64,000 nt of DNA from a virus. The DNA lies in IMG/VR virus record IMGVR_UViG_3300036770_003984, positions 64,542 to 128,541 of that record; one strand, written 5' to 3'. A program made the translations under genes and the position numbers. The stretch's first letter is position 1; every line of letters starts with the position of its first letter. This document shows, one piece after another, positions 25,623 to 36,261 of the stretch. The notes under the pieces were generated by a model. That model was not told the origin of the DNA and ran no database searches. It was given only the letters and a program-made list of their open reading frames with translations.

Positions 25623-26248
25623 TACCAACTTTTACTAGATTTTAATCCCAATTTTTTGGCATGCCTCCCAACATTGCAACTCCAGTACCCGGCCATTGTT
25701 CTGTCTTTCTTTTGGTCACAATTATGTCTCGCTCTAAATGATTTTGCAGCCTTTGGATTTCTATTTCTCACTTTAAGATTTGGATCCCCAAATGTTACTT
25801 TTTTAATTGTACCCTTTGGTGTTTTTACATATACTGCAAATTTCTTAGGACCTCCTGGTGTTCTAAATGGGGAATTTAATTTAACATTCTTTCCATGATG
25901 TTTTGCCTCAAATAAAAGTTCTTCAACTTCTTCTTCATACATTGGTGCATCCAACCAAACCTCATCACCATTCTCTAATAATACCTTTTTACCCAAGTCA
26001 GATTCAACCAACCAAATATCATCTTCGTTTAATCTAATACTACCTTGATTGTATAAATTTCTTACTTCGTTAATTAATTTAAAATACTTGTCAGAATATA
26101 TCCTAAAGATATTTTCATTCAACGATATTCTGTTCTCCAAATGATATTTTAAATCTTCAGATATTATACAAGGTTCGGTTAATGTCATTGGTGGGTTAAG
26201 AGATTCTCTCAAAACTTTTTTTATTAAGTTATCTAAACTATTGCTCAT
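25622..26248 (-). CDS. phage-type protein with basic C-domain (KSFRARHNC...AGYWSC)
   Basis: Motif recalled from T4-like and jumbo phages (DUF6321-like). Confidence 0.75.
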   Translation of the reverse strand: MSNSLDNLIKKVLRESLNPPMTLTEPCIISEDLKYHLENRISLNENIFRIYSDKYFKLINEVRNLYNQGSIRLNEDDIWLVESDLGKKVLLENGDEVWLDAPMYEEEVEELLFEAKHHGKNVKLNSPFRTPGGPKKFAVYVKTPKGTIKKVTFGDPNLKVRNRNPKAAKSFRARHNCDQKKDRTMAGYWSCNVGRHAKKLGLKSSKSW

Positions 26249-26557
26249 AATTTGTTTTTTTAGATAAATATTCTTACTTTTATAATCATATATTAACTAT
26301 CAAACAATTAAACAACTATTATGAAATTTTATCAGTTTTTTCACACGATTATACAAATCTATATTCTTATTAAAGTTTCTTATCTACTTTTTATGACATC
26401 TTATAATCCTGAAGCCTACCCACTATCAATATTAAATTGGTGGATATATTTCCTAATTTTTGATATTTGGATGAATACTATTCTACCAAATGAAAAAAAT
26501 AAAGATTAAAGACTGCCAAAAACCTCATTTATATATGGGGTTTTTTATTTTAATTTA

Positions 26558-26565
26558 TATTTATA
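26558..26565 (+). promoter_or_regulatory. TATTTATA putative phage late promoter
   Basis: Same motif ~10-20 nt before ATG at 28262-28269, 28925-28932, 31253-31260, 35359-35366, and on the minus strand before genes starting at 21676, 22746, 44290, 51452, 62788. Confidence 0.7.
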
Positions 26566-26580
26566 AAGAAATATAAATTT

Positions 26581-28233
26581 ATGAAATTAATTATAAATGA
26601 AAATCAATTAAAAAAATTGGTTAACGTTATTAAAGAGGAAAATTCAGATGGAAAATTAAATGTATTATTTGTTGGGGATAGTTTAAGTTCAGCACCAGGT
26701 TATACTTGGAATTATAAATTAGCTGATAAAAATTCTAATAAATGGAATAGTGCCCATTTAGTTAAAGGTGGGGTTAGGACTGGCTGGATGTTGGATGAAT
26801 TAAGGTCAAAATTAAATCAAGGTAAAAAATATGATTTAGTTTTTATATATGGTGGTACTAATGATATGTTTTCATTAGTCACTAAAAATGAAGCAATATC
26901 AAATATAAATAAAATGGCGGATTTAGTTGCGGAACAAGGTGGTAAAACCATTGTATTTGCTGGTTATGACGCTGAAAAAGTAATGTCTGAAAAATCGCAT
27001 TCAAACGGAGGGAATTTAATGAAAACAAGGTATTGTAGTGAAGAATGTATGTTAAAGAGTAGAAAAAAAATGATTGAATTTCAAGACGCTCTTCCAAGTG
27101 AAATTTCAGGTGAAAATGTAATGGTAATACCAAAAATGCCTGGTGGTAATCCATCTTGGGCTGGTGATGGTACACACGTTGGACCTAGTGTACATAATGA
27201 TATGGCTAATTATGTTAATGATAGGATTTCAGGTAAAGTAACTATAAAAGATAAAACTAAAAAAAAGGATTGGGATTGGGATTTTGGCTTTAACTTTTTA
27301 GGCGGGTTAAAAAAATATTTATCTAAATATTTGTCATCAACTTTCGGTTCTTTATTTGGTGAAAAAAAATTAACAAACAAATTTGTTTCAGATTTGGAAA
27401 AAATCACAGAACATAATATTAATAGTAATAGAATTATAAGTGAAAATAAAATTTTAGAGATAGGTGATGTTAACGAAAAAGTTGCACTCTTCCAACTAGC
27501 GTTACAATTACTAGGATATTCCTTAAACAAATGGGGTGTTGATGGTATATTTGGTCCAGAAACAAAAAAAGCGGTTAAAGATTTTCAAAGAGATAACAAT
27601 TTAGAAGAAACTGGTAAAATCACAACAAAGATTAAAAATAAAATTATTAGTATGATAAAAAATACAATAACTGATGAAGATTTTACTAAAATAAATTTCA
27701 CAAAAACAGAAAGTTTACCAGCCTCCAATGCTAAAATAAGTGGGAATTCTTTTTCAAAAGTAACTGGATCTTCTAGTATTGTAGACAAATTTAAAAATGT
27801 ATTGAAACAAAACAATCTTGATTATTCTAATTTTGTAAACGAATTAAATAACATTGGTCTAAATCCAAACATTGCAATTAAACAACTTTATGCTGAATCA
27901 GGATTCAGGTCAGATGTAATTAGTTGTAAAACAAAATCAAGTGCGGGGGCAGAAGGTATTGCTCAATTTATACCATCAACTTGGGATTATTATGGGGCTG
28001 GTGGAAGTCCTTGTAATGTTAAAGACTCATTAAAAGCTTATGTTAAATTAATGAAAGATTTAATCAAAATGTTTCCAAATAGAATTGATTTGGCTATTGC
28101 TGGTTATAATAGTGGCCCTTATTTATCAATTTATAAAAAAGCATTAAATAATGATTTAAGTTTTGACGATATAAAATATGATATACCTAGTGAAACTAGA
28201 GGTTATGTTGAAAAAATATTATTCTCAAATTAA
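26581..28233 (+). CDS. leader-tagged SGNH esterase + PG-binding + lytic transglycosylase (SLT) fusion
   Basis: FVGDSL/GGTND/DGTH; GVDGIFGPETKKAVKDFQ; AESGF...GIAQFIPSTW...AGYNSG...ETRGYV. Confidence 0.88.
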   Translation: MKLIINENQLKKLVNVIKEENSDGKLNVLFVGDSLSSAPGYTWNYKLADKNSNKWNSAHLVKGGVRTGWMLDELRSKLNQGKKYDLVFIYGGTNDMFSLVTKNEAISNINKMADLVAEQGGKTIVFAGYDAEKVMSEKSHSNGGNLMKTRYCSEECMLKSRKKMIEFQDALPSEISGENVMVIPKMPGGNPSWAGDGTHVGPSVHNDMANYVNDRISGKVTIKDKTKKKDWDWDFGFNFLGGLKKYLSKYLSSTFGSLFGEKKLTNKFVSDLEKITEHNINSNRIISENKILEIGDVNEKVALFQLALQLLGYSLNKWGVDGIFGPETKKAVKDFQRDNNLEETGKITTKIKNKIISMIKNTITDEDFTKINFTKTESLPASNAKISGNSFSKVTGSSSIVDKFKNVLKQNNLDYSNFVNELNNIGLNPNIAIKQLYAESGFRSDVISCKTKSSAGAEGIAQFIPSTWDYYGAGGSPCNVKDSLKAYVKLMKDLIKMFPNRIDLAIAGYNSGPYLSIYKKALNNDLSFDDIKYDIPSETRGYVEKILFSN

Positions 28234-28280
28234 ACATTATTAAATTTTTAAACCCTTGATATATTTATAAAGAAAAACTT

Positions 28281-28826
28281 ATGAGAAAATATACTATAAA
28301 TGAATTTAACATTAGAAATTCACTTAAAAAAAATTTATTAAAAGAAATTGAGTCACCTAAAAAAGATATAAAAAAAGATGGTGAGATTGAGGAAAAACCT
28401 AGATGTGTTGCTGGAAATATGATTCCGTTGGATGAAATTGTTGGTTCTGCAGATGAATATGAAGATTATGCAACTGGAGTTAATAAAAGAAAATTAGGTG
28501 TAAATTCAATGGTTGATACTTTGGGTATTCTTAATAATATAAGACTATTCAAAGATATTAAAGATGGAGGTTCACATTTGGCATATAAACTTATGCACCA
28601 TCTTAATAAATTTAGAAATAAAAATTATTTTGACGAAGCTTCAAATGAATGTAAAAAAGCTATGAACAAAATAACAGAACTTTATAAAGAAAATGAACAC
28701 GGAACTGAGCTTGTTAAAGACATTGAAAGAGTTTTAAATCTTCAAACAAAAGATGATGAATATACACCATCACCAAGAGCAAAAGAATATTTAAAAAGAT
28801 GTGTTGAACTTGCAAAAGGTAAATAA
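28281..28826 (+). CDS. hypothetical protein
   Basis: 181 aa; TATTTATA upstream. Confidence 0.75.
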   Translation: MRKYTINEFNIRNSLKKNLLKEIESPKKDIKKDGEIEEKPRCVAGNMIPLDEIVGSADEYEDYATGVNKRKLGVNSMVDTLGILNNIRLFKDIKDGGSHLAYKLMHHLNKFRNKNYFDEASNECKKAMNKITELYKENEHGTELVKDIERVLNLQTKDDEYTPSPRAKEYLKRCVELAKGK

Positions 28827-28945
28827 TCTAACCTCTTAGGAGGACTTTTAGGACCGTTACTAGTTATGGTAACAAAAAAAGGAGAAATTCGCTACTTCTC
28901 CTTTTCTTTTTTTTAAAATTAATATATTTATAAATAAAAAAAAAT

Positions 28946-30400
28946 ATGAAGAATAATTTAAACGAAGAATTAAATAGATTAAAATTCCTATTGGGTTATA
29001 AACCCGGACAACTTATGACCGAAAGTCAAGTCAAAGAAACTTATTTAAGTGAACAAAGTAGAGGATTCAGACGAACTCCTGAACCTACAAATACTCCACA
29101 ACAACCATTTGACCGACAAGCTGATCTTGACGCATATGAAAGAACACGAGAAGCTCCACCTTCAATTACTACTAGAATAAACACAAACCAAGGTGTTCAA
29201 AACTTTGAAGTTGATTTTTCTAATTATCCTCAAGACAATACAATAACTACGAAACAAGTAAGATTTTTTGATAAAATTGGATATCTTAAAATTGATTCAA
29301 ATATTGTAAGATTTAAACCACCAAAAGAAACAAAAACTATAATTCCTGGTTACACTAAAGAAAAAACAATTATACCAAAATTTGAATACACAACAATTCA
29401 AGGTCAATCATTTAGGGATAATTTTATAGGTATTGATAAAAACGTTACCAATTCTTTAATACAAAATGCTAGAGAATTAAATAAAACATTCAGAGAAATT
29501 TACCAACTAAAACCAACCGAAGCTTTAGAAAATATTAAAAAATTTCTTAACAGAGGATTTGAATTAGAAGGTCATGCTGATGGTAATATACCTTCGGCAA
29601 CAAGATTAAATCAAACAGACCACGCTAATTTTGGAAATGGTCAATTATATGGTGGAAATACAACTCCTAATTCTAAAAATACTTGGTTAGCTGAACAAAG
29701 AGCTCGTAATGCTTATAATATCTTTATGAAAGAATTGTCAAGATTATTAAAAACCACATTTTATGATAATTCTGAAATAATTGAACTTATTACAAATATT
29801 TTAACAATAGGTGGTGGATATACGACATTAAACGTAGTTGATCACTTAAATCAAAATGGGACTAGGAATTCAAGAGAAATTGGTCCAGAATATAAAAGAT
29901 TTGAGTTTAAACCAACATTTAAAACAAATATACCAATTCCTATATCAACATTTGTTCCACCTACAGAAAAAATTGAAGTAGAAAAAGGCGATGAAGTCGG
30001 TAACGTTTCAATATATTTATATGAATATAATCAAGATATTCTTATTCCTGGTATGGTATATTTTGACAACAATCTTTTTAGTCAAAATGATAAATGGGTT
30101 GGTGTTACTAAGGATGTTTTAGAAAAATATAAAATTCCAATACTTAGTGATGGTAAGTTAAATGGTAGTCCTACACATAGAGCTATGATTGATGAAAATA
30201 TGCGAGCGACAATAGGTGATTTACAATTTGGTACATTTGATAGAAAAAGAGTGAGTGACGCTACAAATTTAGCACAAGCTGCAGGCCCTTTAATTCATAA
30301 TACAACAATAAATAGTGCTAGAAAGGTAATCGAAGGTGTAACATATTACAAGGTATCTTATGCTAATTTAATAATTAGTACTATGCCACCTAAAAAGTAG
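28946..30400 (+). CDS. leader-tagged protein with OmpA/MotB-like motif
   Basis: MKNNLNEELNRLKFLLGY; LEGHAD...LAEQRA. Confidence 0.65.
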   Translation: MKNNLNEELNRLKFLLGYKPGQLMTESQVKETYLSEQSRGFRRTPEPTNTPQQPFDRQADLDAYERTREAPPSITTRINTNQGVQNFEVDFSNYPQDNTITTKQVRFFDKIGYLKIDSNIVRFKPPKETKTIIPGYTKEKTIIPKFEYTTIQGQSFRDNFIGIDKNVTNSLIQNARELNKTFREIYQLKPTEALENIKKFLNRGFELEGHADGNIPSATRLNQTDHANFGNGQLYGGNTTPNSKNTWLAEQRARNAYNIFMKELSRLLKTTFYDNSEIIELITNILTIGGGYTTLNVVDHLNQNGTRNSREIGPEYKRFEFKPTFKTNIPIPISTFVPPTEKIEVEKGDEVGNVSIYLYEYNQDILIPGMVYFDNNLFSQNDKWVGVTKDVLEKYKIPILSDGKLNGSPTHRAMIDENMRATIGDLQFGTFDRKRVSDATNLAQAAGPLIHNTTINSARKVIEGVTYYKVSYANLIISTMPPKK

Positions 30401-30437
30401 TAGATAAATATTTAATAAAGAATAACTACAATTGTAG

Positions 30438-31160
30438 TTATTCTTTATTATAAAAAACTGAACCACTCCATATTGTAAATGAGTTTTTAGTACTTGTTAC
30501 TTCAATTTTCCAAAAACAAACCATATTGTTTTTTGATGCCATCTCAATTCCAAATCTATGCCATACTGATAATATCATAAAGTTAGTATAAATTTCATCA
30601 ACAATTTTTTCATAAGTAATTAAATCAGAATATAAAGTATTTAAGTCATTTATATGTGTATATTTACTAGTATTTACATCATATGTAAAATATAATCTAC
30701 CATCATTCACTTTTTCAGTCTTAATCATATTTAAATTTCCAAACTTATCGTATTCTTTAATATACCATTGTTTTTTTGTTGTGTCTCTAATTGTAAATAT
30801 TTCAGTAAACTTTGTCGCAACTTCAATACTTAACCCATCAACCCTTTTTTTATTAAAAAATTCAATTCTATCTCTTGGAGTAACCAATAGAACGTTTCTA
30901 AATGGTTTTTTATTATCGTGATTAACTTCATCTTCATTTTTAAAATGACTCAATTGATACTCAATTGCTTTATATGCTATTGAATCTTTTTTTAATGGAT
31001 GATGTTCTTCAGATATTTTTACTAATTCAGAATTGAATTTTTCGTGTAACAAATTTTCAGCAAAAACATAATCAAAATTTTTAAAATCAACAATGTCCTT
31101 TGGAGATTTTTGAGCTGTCAAATTCAGACTCAACAAAACAAAAATTATTAAGTTTCTCAT
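30438..31160 (-). CDS. exported hypothetical protein, possibly CAP-like
   Basis: Signal peptide; H...R and W..H motifs. Confidence 0.55.
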   Translation of the reverse strand: MRNLIIFVLLSLNLTAQKSPKDIVDFKNFDYVFAENLLHEKFNSELVKISEEHHPLKKDSIAYKAIEYQLSHFKNEDEVNHDNKKPFRNVLLVTPRDRIEFFNKKRVDGLSIEVATKFTEIFTIRDTTKKQWYIKEYDKFGNLNMIKTEKVNDGRLYFTYDVNTSKYTHINDLNTLYSDLITYEKIVDEIYTNFMILSVWHRFGIEMASKNNMVCFWKIEVTSTKNSFTIWSGSVFYNKE

Positions 31161-31272
31161 AGTCGTAAAATTTAAAATGGTGATTAAATGTTATAATAAT
31201 ATAACGAACTAACTTACTATAAAGTTCACTGAAGGACATTTTTTTTTCATTATATTTATAAATAAAACTATT

Positions 31273-31569
31273 ATGAAAAAGAAACTATTTTTTGGCTGGG
31301 AAAATACCAAATGGTTTATAAGAGAAATTGGTAAAATTTATTCTTCTAAAAACTCAATATTTTCCAAAAAAAGAATTGAATCTGGTATTGCTTTTATCGT
31401 TGCACAATGGGGTATGATTTTCTTCCTACTTGAAAAACACTCAACATTAACTATGACTGATTTAATTATGTGGGCTGGAGTTGAATTTGCAATCTCAGGT
31501 TATATAATTCACCAAATTCAAAAAGAAAAGAAAACTGAAGAACAAAAAGAAGAAACCCCCAACGTTTAA
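31273..31569 (+). CDS. small membrane protein
   Basis: Two hydrophobic segments. Confidence 0.7.
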   Translation: MKKKLFFGWENTKWFIREIGKIYSSKNSIFSKKRIESGIAFIVAQWGMIFFLLEKHSTLTMTDLIMWAGVEFAISGYIIHQIQKEKKTEEQKEETPNV

Positions 31570-31580
31570 TTGGGGGCTTT
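31555..31580. terminator. hairpin between convergent genes
   Basis: CCCCCAACGTTTAATTGGGGG followed by T-run. Confidence 0.6.
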
Positions 31581-31583
31581 TAT

Positions 31584-33443
31584 TTACTTCACTTCTTCAA
31601 ATTCTACATCTGAACCTGCAAATCCATCAGTATTTTCTGTTTGACTTACATTACTATAAAGTTCTTGTGTGACTTTTTGCATAGTTGAGTTAACATTATC
31701 TAGTGCTGTATTAATTTTATCCATTTCACCAGTATTTTTAGCTTCTTTTAACTCTTCCAAGCCTTTTTTAATCTCTTCTTTATGTTCATCACTGATTTTT
31801 TCATCCAAATCTTTCATTGTTTTCTCAATATTGAAGATTGTACTATCAGCTTCATTAATTTTCTCAACTTTTTCTTTCACTAATCTATCACTTTCAGCGT
31901 TTTCTTCAGCTTCTTTCTTCATTCTATCAATTTCTTCTTGTGAAAGTCCAGATGATGACTCAATTCTAATGGTTTGTTTCTTATTTGTACCCTTATCTAG
32001 AGCTGAAACATTAATAATACCATTTGAGTCAATGTCAAATGTTACTTCAATCTGAGGAACACCTCTCATTGATGGTGGAATACCATCCAAATGGAATTTA
32101 CCTATAGTTTTATTGTCTTTTGCCATTGACCTTTCACCTTGTAGTACGTGAATTTCTACAGATGGTTGATTATCTACGGCTGTTGAGAAAATTTGAGACT
32201 TTTTAGTTGGAATTGTGGTATTTGCCTCAATTAATTTGGTCATAATACCCCCCATTGTCTCAATTCCTAGTGAAAGTGGGGTTACATCCAATAAAAGTAC
32301 ATCTTTTACGTCTCCCGCTAACACACCACCTTGAATTGCAGCACCTAAAGCAACAACTTCGTCAGGATTTACACCTTTTGATGGTTCTTTACCAAAGAAT
32401 TTCTTAACTGCGTCTTGAATAGCTGGAATTCTTGTTGATCCACCAACCAAAATGATTTCGTCAATGTCATTTACAGATAATCCAGCGTTTTTAAGGGCTG
32501 ATTTACAAGGATTTATTGTTCTTTCAACCAATTTGTCAATAATCTGTTCAAATTTAGCTCTTGTAAGTGTTTTTACAAGGTGTTTTGGCTGATTATCAAT
32601 AACCATAAAGTATGGTAGGTTTATTTCAGTATTTAGAGCCGATGAAAGTTCAATTTTTGCCTTCTCTGCGGCTTCTCTAAGTCTTTGTAATGACATTGAG
32701 TCTTCAATCCAACCTCCATTATCATTTTTAAACTCAGTTGTCAACCAATCCACAATTGCTTGGTCAAAATCATCACCTCCAAGGTGAGTATCTCCATCAG
32801 TTGACAATACTTCAAACACACCACCACCCAATTCAAGAATAGAAACGTCATGAGTACCACCACCACAGTCAAAAACAACGATTTTTGAGTCTTTGTTCTT
32901 CTTATCTAGACCATAAGCCAATGCTGCGGCCGTTGGTTCATTGATAATACGTCTCACATTCAACCCTGCAATCTCTCCAGCTTCCTTTGTTGCTTGTCTT
33001 TGAGCATCATTGAAGTATGCTGGGACTGTAATCACAGCTTCAGTTACTGATTGACCCAAATAATCCTCAGCAGTTTGTTTCATTTTTTGTAAAACCATTG
33101 CCGAAATTTCTTGTGGGGAATATTCCTTTCCATCAATGTTCACTTTAGGTGTGTTATTTTTCCCTTTTACGACATTATATGGTACTCTCTTAACCTCAGA
33201 CTTAATTTCATCATAATTTGAGCCCATAAATCGTTTAATTGAATAAACTGTCTTGTCTGGATTTGTTACAGATTGTCTTTTAGCGGGGTCTCCAATCTTT
33301 CTCTCCCCTCCATCAATAAATCCAACAATTGATGGGGTAGTTCTTTTACCTTCCGAATTGGTGATAATTACTGGTTCACCATTTTCCATAATTGCGACAC
33401 ATGAATTCGTAGTGCCCAAATCAATTCCCAAAATTTTACTCAT
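31584..33443 (-). CDS. dnaK: Hsp70 chaperone DnaK
   Basis: [34 protein letters not shown]; full 619 aa. Confidence 0.98.
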   Translation of the reverse strand: MSKILGIDLGTTNSCVAIMENGEPVIITNSEGKRTTPSIVGFIDGGERKIGDPAKRQSVTNPDKTVYSIKRFMGSNYDEIKSEVKRVPYNVVKGKNNTPKVNIDGKEYSPQEISAMVLQKMKQTAEDYLGQSVTEAVITVPAYFNDAQRQATKEAGEIAGLNVRRIINEPTAAALAYGLDKKNKDSKIVVFDCGGGTHDVSILELGGGVFEVLSTDGDTHLGGDDFDQAIVDWLTTEFKNDNGGWIEDSMSLQRLREAAEKAKIELSSALNTEINLPYFMVIDNQPKHLVKTLTRAKFEQIIDKLVERTINPCKSALKNAGLSVNDIDEIILVGGSTRIPAIQDAVKKFFGKEPSKGVNPDEVVALGAAIQGGVLAGDVKDVLLLDVTPLSLGIETMGGIMTKLIEANTTIPTKKSQIFSTAVDNQPSVEIHVLQGERSMAKDNKTIGKFHLDGIPPSMRGVPQIEVTFDIDSNGIINVSALDKGTNKKQTIRIESSSGLSQEEIDRMKKEAEENAESDRLVKEKVEKINEADSTIFNIEKTMKDLDEKISDEHKEEIKKGLEELKEAKNTGEMDKINTALDNVNSTMQKVTQELYSNVSQTENTDGFAGSDVEFEEVK

Positions 33444-33542
33444 AATTTTTCTGTTTTTGTTTAATTATATGTTTTATTTTTTATGGAGTCAATCCAAAAT
33501 TTATATTTCAATATATAAAAACTAGACCATAATGAAAATAAC

Positions 33543-33555
33543 TGACAATTTGTCA
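33543..33555. promoter_or_regulatory. TGACA-N3-TGTCA palindrome upstream of dnaK
   Basis: TGACAATTTGTCA; same palindrome clustered at 52940-54163. Confidence 0.55.
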
Positions 33556-33750
33556 GTTTTTATGACAAATTAAATTTTTTTTATCAAATTATTGTTTTTT
33601 TAAAAACTTTGTAGTATTTATTCCTAAAATAAAAATCAATGGGAACTAATCTAATCAACATAAATCGAGTTTTATCTTACTAATCCTCCTATTATTAGGG
33701 GGATTTTTTTTATACATAAATTAACACATAAAAACAAATTTTTTAAAAAA

Positions 33751-34584
33751 ATGAAAAACACAAAAATTTACAATGAATTGGTTCAAAAGATGAGAACCTT
33801 CTTCCAAGCTAAAGGTTTCTTGGAAGTTCCAGTACAATCAAGACTATCTATCTTAGCCGCATGTGAAAATCCACATAGCATCACAACATTTGAGTATTCT
33901 AATGAGGTTTGGCCATTGCCGCAGACTGGACAGATGTGGCTTGAGTACGAATTATTGAAAAATCCTGAATATCCTGGAGTATATTGTATCTCAACATCAT
34001 ATAGACAAGAAAAAACACCAATTCTTGGTAGACACGACCTAATTTTCCCTATGTTTGAAGTTGAGACTAAAGGTACGAAAGAAGATATGGTTAAACTTCA
34101 AGCTGAAATGTTGGAATATCTTGGTTTTAACACACCAAAAGTTGTTGATTATAACCAGCTATGTGAACATTATGGAACAGAAATCCTTGAAGCCGAACAC
34201 GAAACAAAAATGTGGAATGAAATCGGTGATTCAATATCCCTACAAAACTTCCCATTGAGAACCAACCCATTCTGGAATATGCAAAAAGGTGAAGGTGACA
34301 AATTCAATAAGGTTGACGTAATATTATTTGGTCAAGAGACTATTGGTTCAGCAGAACGTAGTTGTGATAAAGACGCAATGAGAGAAATGTTCTACACCAT
34401 TGAAGGTGGAAACTACGCTGGAAAACTTTTTGAATTATTTGGTAAGGAAAGAGTAGAAAAAGATTTGGAAGATTTCTTATCTTTGGACTTCTTCCCAAGA
34501 TTTGGTTGGGGTTGTGGTATGACCAGATTGGCAAGAGCATATGAACTTAATCTTCAAAAAAAACTTAGTCTAGACATCGCTTAA
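33751..34584 (+). CDS. class II aminoacyl-tRNA synthetase-like catalytic core without anticodon-binding domain
   Basis: Motif 1 RTFFQAKGFLEV, motif 2 SYRQE..RH..FPMFEVE, motif 3 GWGCGMTRL; only 277 aa, no OB fold. Confidence 0.85.
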   Translation: MKNTKIYNELVQKMRTFFQAKGFLEVPVQSRLSILAACENPHSITTFEYSNEVWPLPQTGQMWLEYELLKNPEYPGVYCISTSYRQEKTPILGRHDLIFPMFEVETKGTKEDMVKLQAEMLEYLGFNTPKVVDYNQLCEHYGTEILEAEHETKMWNEIGDSISLQNFPLRTNPFWNMQKGEGDKFNKVDVILFGQETIGSAERSCDKDAMREMFYTIEGGNYAGKLFELFGKERVEKDLEDFLSLDFFPRFGWGCGMTRLARAYELNLQKKLSLDIA

Positions 34585-34586
34585 TT

Positions 34587-34772
34587 ATGGCAAAAAAACA
34601 AAATCCTGAACCCATTAATACTGAAACTACTAAATACGAGGTTGTTGTTGATGGGGATGATATTATTCAAATATGGAAATACGACAAAAGAATTAGTAAA
34701 ACACCATATGAGATAGAAAATATATATAAAGGAGAACCAAAATTTAATAAATTAAAAAAGGGGTCGAAATAG
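34587..34772 (+). CDS. small hypothetical protein
   Basis: 61 aa, coupled to upstream gene, ends at terminator hairpin 34758-34782. Confidence 0.65.
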   Translation: MAKKQNPEPINTETTKYEVVVDGDDIIQIWKYDKRISKTPYEIENIYKGEPKFNKLKKGSK

Positions 34773-34785
34773 ACCCCCTTTTTTA

Positions 34786-35280
34786 TTATTTATCCCCCTC
34801 TTGATATTTTTCATTATTAATTTCTTTAAGGTTATCCTTTATTTTTTTTCCAAAATTAATAAGGTCTAATACATGTTTTAGAATTCCTTTACCAAACATA
34901 ACTTTCCAATTTTCATCAATTGATTTAATTTCAGCATAAATCAGCCCCAAACTCATAATTTTTGTTGACAGATGTTGTATTGGTATAAAATATTTAACAA
35001 ATTCATCTAATAAGAAAACATCCAACATAAACAACAATAATATCAGTGAGGTATAACCAATTAATTTTGGAACAAATCCTCTAACAAAAGCTCTTGATGT
35101 CCAATTAATTTTGACACCATCTCTACGTTGTTTATTTATCCTACAATAAGCAGTAATTATATCAAGTGACACAAACCCTAGCACAACCAATAATATTCCT
35201 GCTGCGGGGGCAAAAAAGGTTAGAATCGATATTAATAACCCAAACAACCCATCTTTAAACGACTCAAACAAATGCTTCAT
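34786..35280 (-). CDS. putative holin
   Basis: Three TM segments, D..T...TS..F..KL..Y...E.KSI.EN pattern, next to endolysin. Confidence 0.75.
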   Translation of the reverse strand: MKHLFESFKDGLFGLLISILTFFAPAAGILLVVLGFVSLDIITAYCRINKQRRDGVKINWTSRAFVRGFVPKLIGYTSLILLLFMLDVFLLDEFVKYFIPIQHLSTKIMSLGLIYAEIKSIDENWKVMFGKGILKHVLDLINFGKKIKDNLKEINNEKYQEGDK

Positions 35281-35383
35281 ATATATTTTTTGTTTTAAAA
35301 GTAAATAGTTTTTATTAAATTTAACAATTATAAATATCTAAATTCGAATAAAAGTTGGTATTTATATAAAAAACTATTATACT

Positions 35384-36184
35384 ATGTTAAAAATTGGATC
35401 AAAAGGAAATTTGGTTAAACTCCTACAAGAAAAATTAGGAATAACCGCTGATGGTGATTTCGGACCTAAAACCGAACAAGCATTAAAAGAATGGCAATCT
35501 AAGAATGGTTTGGTTGCTGATGGTATTGCAGGTCAAGTGACTTTGGGTAAAATGGGAATTGAACTACCCACAGTCAAAAAAGAACCATTAAAATTGGATA
35601 AACTTAAAGGTCACGTACCACAAAATGTGATTGATGAAATTAGTTTAATTGCTGAAAAATTTAACATCATCACAAATCTTCGTTTAGCACATTTCTTAGC
35701 TCAATGTTCTCACGAATCGGGTAATTTTAAAATCCTTACAGAAAATTTAAATTATTCAAAAGATGGTTTGATTAAAATCTTTGGAGGATATTTTGCTGGT
35801 AACTTGGCTGAATCTTATGCACACCAACCTGAAAAGATTGCTTCTCGTGTTTATGGAAGTAGAATGGGAAATGGTGATGAAGCATCAAAAGAAGGATGGA
35901 AATTCAGAGGTCGTGGTTATATCCAACTTACTGGTAAACAAAATTATGAAATCTTCTCAAAATTCATTGGTGAAGATTGTGTCGCAAATCCTGATTTAGT
36001 TGCTACAAAGTACCCACTTGGTTCGGCAGCATTCTTTTTCAATAATGTAGGTCTTTGGCCTATGTGTGATGAAGGTTCAACTGATGATGTTGTAACAAAA
36101 GTAACAAGAAGAGTGAATGGTGGTACAAATGGTTTAGCACATCGTTTACAAGAATTCAAAAAATTTAATAGTTTATTATCTTAA
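35384..36184 (+). CDS. endolysin: PG-binding domain + glycoside hydrolase family 19
   Basis: ADGDFGPKT; FLAQCSHES...ENLNYS...FRGRGYIQLTGK.NY...VNGGTNGL. Confidence 0.93.
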   Translation: MLKIGSKGNLVKLLQEKLGITADGDFGPKTEQALKEWQSKNGLVADGIAGQVTLGKMGIELPTVKKEPLKLDKLKGHVPQNVIDEISLIAEKFNIITNLRLAHFLAQCSHESGNFKILTENLNYSKDGLIKIFGGYFAGNLAESYAHQPEKIASRVYGSRMGNGDEASKEGWKFRGRGYIQLTGKQNYEIFSKFIGEDCVANPDLVATKYPLGSAAFFFNNVGLWPMCDEGSTDDVVTKVTRRVNGGTNGLAHRLQEFKKFNSLLS

Positions 36185-36261
36185 AAAAAAAACCAATAAA
36201 ATGGGTTTTTTTTTATTTATATTGATATTTATTGTATAAATAAAAAGTCAAAAAAAAAACA

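Noticed and set aside
28826-28912. Small hairpin set after the 28281 gene, and a similar one at 20958-21055
   Set aside because: Explained well enough as terminators with adjacent short hairpins; too little evidence for separate RNAs.
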